A stretch of DNA of 18,535 bases from Utricularia gibba (Eukaryota > Plantae > Magnoliophyta). The position numbers and the translations under genes were made by a program. Below the pieces are notes generated by a model. That model saw only the letters and a program-made list of their open reading frames with translations. It made no database searches and had not been told where the DNA came from. The DNA is taken from assembly GCA_002189035.1 (NCBI GenBank), contig NEEC01000375.1, positions 1 through 18,535 of the forward strand. The letters run 5' to 3'. Below, piece by piece: positions 8,601 through 18,535 of the stretch (the first letter of the stretch is position 1; every line of letters starts with the position of its first letter).

Positions 8601-10949
8601 ACCATGTAGGCAGCCCCCGAAAACCGAACGATAATAAATACATCACTTTATTTGCCGGACTACAACTAACTCTCGGTGCAAGCCAAACCTTACCTTTGTC
8701 CCGTTCCAGGTGCACCCAAAGACCGCCTGCTCAAGTATAAAGTAAGTTGTTGAAAAAATCATGTGGGGTGCACGTGATATCGCAATTTAAACAAATGCAA
8801 CATTGTATTCATCGATTTGCATCCTTTTGTCCTCATGAGCCATAAAGAATCGCGGGCCCGGACCAAGTTCCTAGCGAGACTGGCCGCCACAAAACGAGAA
8901 GCTGTTCCTTGAAAAACCATGTAGGCAACACCGAAAACCGAACGTTAATAAATACATCACTTTCTTTGCCGGGCTACAACTTACTTTGGGCCAAGGCCTA
9001 AGCTGATCTTTTTCCGGTTCCAAGTGCACCCAAAGACCGCCTCTCAAGTATAAAGTAAGTTGTTGAAAAAATCATGTGGGGTGCACGTGACATCATAATT
9101 TAAACAAATGGATCATTTTTTTAATCGATTTGCATCCAGTTGACCTCATGAGCCATACAGAATCGGGGTCAAGGACCAAGTTCCCAGCGAGACTGGCCGC
9201 CACAAACGAGAAGCGGTTCCTTGAAAAACCATGTAGGCAGCCCCGAAAACCGAACGATAATAAATACATCACTTTATTTGCCGGACTACAACTAACTCTC
9301 GTGCAAGCCAAAACCTTTGTCCCGTTCCAGGTGCACCCAAAGACCGCCTGCTCAAGTATAAAGTAAGTTGTTGAAAAAATCATGTGGGGTGCACGTGATA
9401 TCGCAATTTAAACAAATGCAACATTGTATTCATCGATTTGCATCCTTTTGTCCTCATGAGCCATAAAGAATCGCGGGCCCGGACCAAGTTCCTAGCGAGA
9501 CTGGCCGCCACAAAACGAGAAGCTGTTCCTTGAAAAACCATGTAGGCAAACAAAACCGAACGTTAATAAATACATCACTTTCTTTGCCGGGCTACAACTT
9601 ACTTTGGGCCAAGGCCTAAGCTGATCTTTTTCCGGTTCCAAGTGCACCCAAAGACCGCCTTCTCAAGTATAAAGTAAGTTGTTGAAAAAATCATGTGGGG
9701 TGCACGTGACATCATAATTTAAACAAATGGATCATTTTTTTTAATCGATTTGCATCCAGTTGACCTCATGAGCCATACAGAATCGGGGTCAAGGACCAAG
9801 TTCCCAGCGAGACTGGCCGCCACAAAACGAGAAGCGGTTCCTTGAAAAACCATGTAGGCAGCCCCCGAAAACCGAACGATAATAAATACATCACTTTATT
9901 TGCCGGACTACAACTAACTCTCGTGCAAGCCAAACCTTACCTTTGTCCCGTTCCAGGTGCACCCAAAGACCGCCTGCTCAAGTATAAAGTAAGTTGTTGA
10001 AAAAATCATGTGGGGTGCACGTGATATCGCAATTTAAACAAATGCAACATTGTATTCATCGATTTGCATCCTTTTGTCCTCATGAGCCATAAAGAATCGC
10101 GGGCCCGGACCAAGTTCCTAGCGAGACTGGCCGCCACAAAACGAGAAGCTGTTCCTTGAAAAACCATGTAGGCAACACCGAAAACCGAACGTTAATAAAT
10201 ACATCACTTTCTTTGCCGGGCTACAACTTACTTTGGGCCAAGGCCTAAGCTGTTTTTCCGGTTCCAAGTGCACCCAAAGACCGCCTTCTCAAGTATAAAG
10301 TAAGTTGTTGAAAAAATCATGTGGGGTGCACGTGACATCATAATTTAAACAAATGGATCATTTTTTTTAATCGATTTGCATCCAGTTGACCTCATGAGCC
10401 ATACAGAATCGGGGTCAAGGACCAAGTTCCCAGCGAGACTGGCCGCCACAAACGAGAAGCGGTTCCTTGAAAAACCATGTAGGCAGCCCCCGAAAACCGA
10501 ACGATAATAAATACATCACTTTATTTGCCGGACTACAACTAACTCTCGTGCAAGCCAAACCTTACCTTTGTCCCGTTCCAGGTGCACCCAAAGACCGCCT
10601 GCTCAAGTATAAAGTAAGTTGTTGAAAAAATCATGTGGGGTGCACGTGATATCGCAATTTAAACAAATGCAACATTGTATTCATCGATTTGCATCCTTTT
10701 GTCCTCATGAGCCATAAAGAATCGCGGGCCCGGACCAAGTTCCTAGCGAGACTGGCCGCCACAAACGAGAAGCTGTTCCTTGAAAAACCATGTAGGCAAC
10801 ACCGAAAAAACGTTAATAAATACATCACTTTTTGCCGGGCTACAACTTACTTTGGGCCAAGGCCTAAGCTGACCTTTTTCCGGTTCCAAGTGCCCCCAAG
10901 ACCGCCTCTCAGTATAAAGTTGTTAAAAAAATCATGGGGTGCACGTGAC

Positions 10950-11243
10950 ATCAATTTAAACAAATGATCGATTTGCATCCAGTTGACCTCATGAGCCATA
11001 AGAATCGGGGTCGGACCAAGTTCCCAGCGAGACTGGCCGCCACAAAACGAGAAGCTGTTCCTTGAAAAAACCATGTAGGCAACACGAAAACCGAACGTTA
11101 ATAAATACATCACTTTCTTTGCCGGGCTACAACTTACTTTGGGCCAAGGCCTAAGCTGATCTTTTTCCGGTTCCAAGTGCCCAAAGACCGCCTTCTCAAG
11201 TATAAAGTAAGTTGTTGAAAAAATCATGTGGGGTGCACGTGAC
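10950..11243 (+). repeat. Chimeric monomer H1 (5' B-type, 3' A-type), 294 bp, producing an A-H-B triplet
   Basis: 5' part has B words CCAGTTGACC, GGGGTC and TTCCCAGC (C at 11025). 3' part has A words AAGCTGTT (T at 11056), GGCAACA, CGTTAAT and TTTGGGCCAAGGCC. It is preceded by an A (10651) and followed by a B (11244). Confidence 0.9.
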
Positions 11244-14200
11244 ATCATAATTTAAACAAATGGATCATTTTTTTTAATCGATTTGCATCCAGTTGACCTC
11301 ATGAGCCATACAGAATCGGGGTCAAGGACCAAGTTCCCAGCGAGACTGGCCGCCACAAAACGAGAAGCGGTTCCTTGAAAAACCATGTAGGCAGCCCCCG
11401 AAAACCGAACGATAATAAATACATCACTTTATTTGCCGGACTACAACTAACTCTCGGTGCAAGCCAAACCTTACCTTTGTCCCGTTCCAGGTGCACCCAA
11501 AGACCGCCTCTCAAGTATAAAGTAAGTTGTTGAAAAAATCATGTGGGTGCACGTGATATCGCAATTTAAACAAATGCAACATTGTATTCATCGATTTGCA
11601 TCCTTTTGTCCTCATGAGCCATAAAGAATCGCGGGCCCGGACCAAGTTCCTAGCGAGACTGGCCGCCACAAAACGAGAAGCTGTTCCTTGAAAAACCATG
11701 TAGGCAACACCGAAAACCGAACGTTAAATACATCACTTTCTTTGCCGGGCTACAACTTACTTTGGGCCAAGGCCTAAGCTGATCTTTTTCCGGTTCCAAG
11801 TGCCCAAAGACCGCCTTCTCAAGTATAAAGTAAGTGTTGAAAAAATCATGTGGGGTGCACGTGACATCATAATTTAAACAAATGGATCATTTTTTTTAAT
11901 CGATTTGCATCCAGTTGACCTCATGAGCCATACAGAATCGGGGTCAAGGACCAAGTCCCAGCGAGACTGGCCGCCACAAAACGAGAAGCGGTTCCTTGAA
12001 AAACCATGTAGGCAGCCCCCGAAAACCGAACGATAATAAATACATCACTTTATTTGCCGGACTACAACTAACTCTCGGTGCAAGCCAAACCTTACCTTTG
12101 TCCCGTTCCAGGTGCACCCAAAGACCGCCTGCTCAAGTATAAAGTAAGTTGTTGAAAAAATCATGTGGGGTGCACGTGATATCGCAATTTAAACAAATGC
12201 AACATTGTATTCATCGATTTGCATCCTTTTGTCCTCATGAGCCATAAAGAATCGCGGGCCCGGACCAAGTTCCTAGCGAGACTGGCCGCCACAAAACGAG
12301 AAGCTGTTCCTTGAAAAACCATGTAGGCAACACCGAAAACCGAACGTTAATAAATACATCACTTTCTTTGCCGGGCTACAACTTACTTTGGGCCAAGGCC
12401 TAAGCTGATCTTTTTCCGGTTCCAAGTGCACCCAAAGACCGCCTTCTCAAGTATAAAGTAAGTTGTTGAAAAAATCATGTGGGGTGCACGTGACATCGTA
12501 ATTTAAACAAATGGATCATTTTTTTTAATCGATTTGCATCCAGTTGACCTCATGAGCCATACAGAATCGGGGTCAAGGACCAAGTTCCCAGCGAGACTGG
12601 CCGCCACAAACGAGAAGCGGTTCCTTGAAAAACCATGTAGGCAGCCCCCGAAAACCGAACGATAATAAATACATCACTTTTTTGCCGGACTACAACTAAC
12701 TCTCGGTGCAAGCCAAACCTTACCTTTGTCCCGTTCCAGGTGCACCCAAAGACCGCTTGCTCAAGTATAAAGTAAGTTGTTGAAAAAATCATGTGGGGTG
12801 CACGTGATATCGCAATTTAAACAAATGCAACATTGTATTCATCGATTTGCATCCTTTTGTCCTCATGAGCCATAAAGAATCGCGGGCCCGGACCAAGTTC
12901 CTAGCGAGACTGGCCGCCACAAAACGAGAAGCTGTTCCTTGAAAAACCATGTAGGCAACACCGAAAACCGAACGTTAATAAATACATCACTTTCTTTGCC
13001 GGGCTACAACTTACTTTGGGCCAAGGCCTAAGCTGATCTTTTTCCGGTTCCAAGTGCACCCAAAGACCGCCTTCTCAAGTATAAAGTAAGTTGTTGAAAA
13101 AATCATGTGGGGTGCACGTGACATCATAATTTAAACAAATGGATCATTTTTTTTAATCGATTTGCATCCAGTTGACCTCATGAGCCATACAGAATCGGGT
13201 CAAGGACCAAGTTCCCAGCGAGACTGGCCGCCACAAACGAGAAGCGGTTCCTTGAAAAACCATGTAGGCAGCCCCGAAAACCGAACGATAATAAATACAT
13301 CACTTTATTTGCCGGACTACAACTAACTCTCGTGCAAGCCAAACCTTACCTTTGTCCCGTTCCAGGTGCACCCAAAGACCGCCTGCTCAAGTATAAAGTA
13401 AGTTGTTGAAAAAATCATGTGGGGTGCACGTGATATCGCAATTTAAACAAATGCAACATTGTATTCATCGATTTGCATCCTTTTGTCCTCATGAGCCATA
13501 AAGAATCGCGGGCCCGGACCAAGTTCCTAGCGAGACTGGCCGCCACAAAACGAGAAGCTGTTCCTTGAAAAACCATGTAGGCAACACGAAAACCGAACGT
13601 TAATAAATACATCACTTTCTTTGCCGGGCTACAACTTACTTTGGGCCAAGGCCTAAGCTGATCTTTTTCCGGTTCCAAGTGCCCCAAAGACCGCCTTCTC
13701 AAGTATAAAGTAAGTTGTTGAAAAAATCATGTGGGGTGCACGTGATCATAATTTAAACAAATGGATCATTTTTTTTAATCGATTTGCATCCAGTTGACCT
13801 CATGAGCCATACAGAATCGGGGTCAAGGACCAAGTTCCCAGCGAGACTGGCCGCCACAAACGAGAAGCGGTTCCTTGAAAAACCATGTAGGCAGCCCCCG
13901 AAAACCGAACGATAATAAATACATCACTTTATTTGCCGGACTACAACTAACTCTTGCAAGCCAAACCTTACCTTTGTCCCGTTCCAGGTGCACCAAAGAC
14001 CGCCTGCTCAAGTATAAAGTAAGTTGTTGAAAAAATCATGTGGGGTGCACGTGATATCGCAATTTAAACAAATGCAACATTGTATTCATCGATTTGCATC
14101 CTTTTGTCCTCATGAGCCATAAAGAATCGCGGGCCCGGACCAAGTTCCTAGCGAGACTGGCCGCCACAAAACGAGAAGCTGTTCCTTGAAAAACCATGTA

Positions 14201-14365
14201 GGCAACACCGAAAACCGAACGTTAATAAATACATCACTTTCTTTGCCGGGCTACAACTTACTTTGGGCCAAGGCCTAAGCTGACCTTTTTCCCGTTCCAA
14301 GTGCCCCCAAGACCGCCTCTCAAGTATAAAGTAAGTTGTTAAAAAATCATGTGGGTGCACGTGAC

Positions 14366-14669
14366 ATCAATTTAAACAAATGCACATTTTTTAATCGATT
14401 TGCATCCAGTTGACCTCATGAGCCATACAGAATCGGGTCGGACCAAGTTCCCAGCGAGACTGGCCGCCACAAAACGAGAAGCTGTTCCTTGAAAAACCAT
14501 GTAGGCAACACGAAAACCGAACGTTAATAAATACATCACTTTCTTTGCCGGGCTACAACTTACTTTGGGCCAAGGCCTAAGCTGATCTTTTTCCGGTTCC
14601 AAGTGCCCCAAAGACCGCCTCTCAAGTATAAAGTAAGTTGTTGAAAAAATCATGTGGGGTGCACGTGAC
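14366..14669 (+). repeat. Chimeric monomer H2 (5' B-type, 3' A-type), 304 bp
   Basis: B words CCAGTTGACC, CCATACAG and TTCCCAGC (C at 14452), then A words from AAGCTGTT (T at 14483) onward. Flanked by A (14056) and B (14670). Confidence 0.9.
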
Positions 14670-16533
14670 ATCATAATTTAAACAAATGGATCATTTTTTT
14701 TAATCGATTTGCATCCAGTTGACCTCATGAGCCATACAGAATCGGGGTCAAGGACCAAGTTCCCAGCGAGACTGGCCGCCACAAACGAGAAGCGGTTCCT
14801 TGAAAAACCATGTAGGCAGCCCCCGAAAACCGAACGATAATAAATACATCACTTTATTTGCCGGACTACAACTAACTCTCGGTGCAAGCCAAACCTTACC
14901 TTTGTCCCGTTCCAGGTGCACCCAAAGACCGCCTGCTCAAGTATAAAGTAAGTTGTTGAAAAAATCATGTGGGGTGCACGTGATATCGCAATTTAAAAAA
15001 TGCAACATTGTATTCATCGATTTGCATCCTTTTGTCCTCATGAGCCATAAAGAATCGCGGGCCCGGACCAAGTTCCTAGCGAGACTGGCCGCCACAAAAC
15101 GAGAAGCTGTTCCTTGAAAAACCATGTAGGCAACACCGAAAACCGAACGTTAATAAATACATCACTTTCTTTGCCGGGCTACAACTTACTTTGGGCCAAG
15201 GCCTAAGCTGATCTTTTTCCGGTTCCAAGTGCACCCAAAGACCGCCTTCTCAAGTATAAAGTAAGTTGTTGAAAAAATCATGTGGGGTGCACGTGACATC
15301 ATAATTTAAACAAATGGATCATTTTTTTTAATCGATTTGCATCCAGTTGACCTCATGAGCCATACAGAATCGGGGTCAAGGACCAAGTTCCCAGCGAGAC
15401 TGGCCGCCACAAAACGAGAAGCGGTTCCTTGAAAAACCATGTAGGCAGCCCCCGAAAACCGAACGATAATAAATACATCACTTTATTTGCCGGACTACAA
15501 CTAACTCTCGTGCAAGCCAAACCTTACCTTTGTCCCGTTCCAGGTGCACCCAAAGACCGCCTGCTCAAGTATAAAGTAAGTTGTTGAAAAAATCATGTGG
15601 GGTGCACGTGATATCGCAATTTAAACAAATGCAACATTGTATTCATCGATTTGCATCCTTTTGTCCTCATGAGCCATAAAGAATCGCGGGCCCGGACCAA
15701 GTTCCTAGCGAGACTGGCCGCCACAAAACGAGAAGCTGTTCCTTGAAAAACCATGTAGGCAACACCGAAAACCGAACGTTAATAAATACATCACTTTCTT
15801 TGCCGGGCTACAACTTACTTTGGGCCAAGGCCTAAGCTGATCTTTTTCCGGTTCCAAGTGCACCCAAAGACCGCCTTCTCAAGTATAAAGTAAGTTGTTG
15901 AAAAAATCATGTGGGGTGCACGTGACATCATAATTTAAACAAATGGATCATTTTTTAATCGATTTGCATCCAGTTGACCTCATGAGCCATACAGAATCGG
16001 GGTCAAGGACCAAGTTCCCAGCGAGACTGGCCGCCAAAACGAGAAGCGGTTCCTTGAAAAACCATGTAGGCCCCCCGAAAACCGAACGATAATAAATACA
16101 TCACTTTATTTGCCGGACTACAACTAACTCTCGTGCAAGCCAAACCTTACCTTTGTCCGTTCCAGGTGCACCCAAAGACCGCCTCTCAAGTATAAAGTAA
16201 GTTGTTGAAAAAATCATGTGGGTGCACGTGATATCGCAATTTAAACAAATGCAACATTGTATTCATCGATTTGCATCCTTTGTCCTCATGAGCCATAAAG
16301 AATCGGGCCCGGACCAAGTTCCTAGCGAGACTGGCCGCCACAAAACGAGAAGCTGTTCCTTGAAAAACCATGTAGGCAACACCGAAAACCGAACGTTAAT
16401 AAATACATCACTTTCTTTGCCGGGCTACAACTTACTTTGGGCCAAGGCCTAAGCTGATCTTTTTCCGTTCCAGTGCACCCCAAGACCGCCTTCTCAGTAT
16501 AAAGTAAGAAAAAATCATGTGGGTGCACGTGAC

Positions 16534-16843
16534 ATCATAATTTAAACAAATGATCATTTTTTTTAATCGATTTGCATCCAGTTGACCTCATGAGCCATAA
16601 GAATCGGGGTCGGACCAAGTTCCCAGCGAGACTGGCCGCCACAAAACGAGAAGCTGTTCCTTGAAAAACCATGTAGGCAACACCGAAAACCGAACGTTAA
16701 TAAATACATCACTTTCTTTGCCGGCTACAACTTACTTTGGGCCAAGCCTAAGCTGATCTTTTTCCGGTTCCAAGTGCCCCCCAAGACCGCCTCCTCATGT
16801 ATAAAGTAAGTTGTTTAAAAAAATCATGTGGGGTGCACGTGAC
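16534..16843 (+). repeat. Chimeric monomer H3 (5' B-type, 3' A-type), 310 bp
   Basis: ATCATAAT, the T8 tract, CCAGTTGACC and TTCCCAGC (C at 16624) are B-type. AAGCTGTT (T at 16655), GGCAACACCG, CGTTAAT and TTTGGGCC are A-type. Flanked by A (16233) and B (16844). Confidence 0.9.
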
Positions 16844-18535
16844 ATCGTAATTTAAACAAATGCATCATTTTTTTTAATCGATTTGCATCCAGTTGACCTC
16901 ATGAGCCATACAGAATCGGGGTCAAGGACCAAGTTCCCAGCGAGACTGGCCGCCACAAAACGAGAAGCGGTTCCTTGAAAAACCATGTAGGCAACCCCGA
17001 AAACCGAACGATAATAAATACATCACTTTATTTGCCGGACTACAACTAACTCTCGGGCAAGCCAAACCTTACCTTTTCCCGTTCCAGTGCACCCAAAGAC
17101 CGCCTGCTCAAGTATAAAGTAAGTTGTTGAAAAAATCATGTGGGGTGCACGTGATATCGCAATTTAAACAAATGCAACATTGTATTCATCGATTTGCATC
17201 CTTTTGTCCTCATGAGCCATAAAGAATCGCGGCCCGGACCAAGTTCCTAGCGAGACTGGCCGCCACAAAACGAGAAGCTGTTCCTTGAAAAACCATGTAG
17301 GCAACACCGAAAACCGAACGTTAATAAATACATCACTTTCTTTGCCGGGCTACAACTTACTTTGGGCCAAGGCCTAAGCTGATCTTTTTCCGGTTCCAAG
17401 TGCACCCAAAGACCGCCTTCTCAAGTATAAAGTAAGTTGTTGAAAAAATCATGTGGGGTGCACGTGACATCATAATTTAAACAAATGGATCATTTTTTTT
17501 AATCGATTTGCATCCAGTTGACCTCATGAGCCATACAGAATCGGGGTCAAGGACCAAGTTCCCAGCGAGACTGGCCGCCACAAAACGAGAAGCGGTTCCT
17601 TGAAAAACCATGTAGGCAGCCCCCGAAAACCGAACGATAATAAATACATCACTTTTTTGCCGGACTACAACTAACTCTCGGTGCAAGCCAAACCTTACCT
17701 TTGTCCCGTTCCAGGTGCACCCAAAGACCGCCTGCTCAAGTATAAAGTAAGTTGTTGAAAAAATCATGTGGGGTGCACGTGATATCGCAATTTAAACAAA
17801 TGCAACATTGTATTCATCGATTTGCATCCTTTTGTCCTCATGAGCCATAAAGAATCGCGGGCCCGGACCAAGTTCCTAGCGAGACTGGCCGCCACAAAAC
17901 GAGAAGCTGTTCCTTGAAAAACCATGTAGGCAACACCGAAAACCGAACGTTAATAAATACATCACTTTCTTTGCCGGGCTACAACTTACTTTGGGCCAAG
18001 GCCTAAGCTGATCTTTTTCCGGTTCCAAGTGCACCCAAGACCGCCTTCTCAAGTATAAAGTAAGTTGTTGAAAAAATCATGTGGGGTGCACGTGACATCA
18101 TAATTTAAACAAATGGATCATTTTTTTTTAATCGATTTGCATCCAGTTGACCTCATGAGCCATACAGAATCGGGGTCAAGGACCAAGTTCCCAGCGAGAC
18201 TGGCCGCCACAAAACGAGAAGCGGTTCCTTGAAAAACCATGTAGGCAGCCCCGAAAACCGAACGATAATAAATACATCACTTTTTTTGCCGGACTACAAC
18301 TAACTCTCGGTGCAAGCCAAACCTTACCTTTGTCCCGTTCCAGGTGCACCCAAAGACCGCCTGCTCAAGTATAAAGTAAGTTGTTGAAAAAATCATGTGG
18401 GGTGCACGTGATATCGCAATTTAAACAAATGCAACATTGTATTCATCGATTTGCATCCTTTTGTCCTCATGAGCCATAAAGAATCCGGGCCCGGACCAAG
18501 TTCCTAGCGAGACTGGCCGCCACAAAACGAGAAGC

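Larger units (their letters stand above)
1..10949 (+). repeat. Uninterrupted (AB)n block: 35 monomers, A1 to A18
   Basis: Every monomer read at its diagnostic sites alternates strictly A,B from position 1 up to the first chimeric monomer at 10950. Confidence 0.93.
1..18535. repeat. Tandem satellite-type array of ~312-bp average monomers (59 complete + 1 partial), organised as an alternating A/B dimeric higher-order repeat of ~630 bp
   Basis: The anchor AAAATCATGTGGGGTGCACGTGA(C/T)ATC recurs about every 294-316 bp from start to end (monomer starts 1, 311, 623, 934, 1249, 1563, 1876, 2190 ... 17784, 18097, 18413), always in the same orientation. There is no intervening unique DNA, and the array runs off both window edges. 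Tally: 28 A, 28 B, 3 chimeric, 1 partial A. Confidence 0.99.

Noticed and set aside
291-17767. All 60-133-aa ORFs in the supplied track (recurring peptides such as MHLERDKGKVWLAPRVSCSPANK and MVFQGTASRFVAASLARN)
   Set aside because: They are translations of the same repeat. Their start, stop and frame change from copy to copy with single-base indels, they overlap on both strands, and I recognise no domain. They are not called as CDS.
1-18535. CRISPR array or other repeat-spacer system
   Set aside because: There are no unique spacers. The sequence between any two conserved words is itself repeated, the units are ~314 bp, and no cas-like ORF is present.
1-18535. Rolling-circle or sequencing concatemer of a single ~630-bp circle
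   Set aside because: Private linked substitutions recur at distant positions (244-334 and 16774-16867) and several sub-haplotypes are interspersed, which one template should not produce. This is not fully excludable without flanking sequence and library information.

Overview
The whole window is one head-to-tail satellite-type tandem array. I find no unique sequence, credible gene, RNA gene, transposon or CRISPR array. With monomers phased at the ATC following GTGCACGTGA(C/T), I count 59 complete monomers plus a 123-bp partial one. They fall into two families, A (consensus 314 bp, about 45% GC) and B (315-316 bp), about 87% identical by manual count (roughly 38 substitutions and 2 indels). 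A and B alternate to give a ~630-bp higher-order dimer. Alternation is broken three times (10950, 14366, 16534) by chimeric monomers that are B-type at the 5' end and A-type at the 3' end, all switching within the same 30-bp identical block. Each monomer appears to be an old dimer of a ~157-bp (nucleosome-sized) unit, giving a 157 -> 314/316 -> 630 bp hierarchy. Other observations are a minor third haplotype with private linked alleles, a 12-bp perfect inverted repeat in A, and a conserved E-box dyad at each junction. Copy-to-copy differences are strongly deletion-biased, so some fine variation may be long-read consensus error. A centromeric or pericentromeric role is plausible but inferred. 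I cannot identify the organism or a named satellite family.
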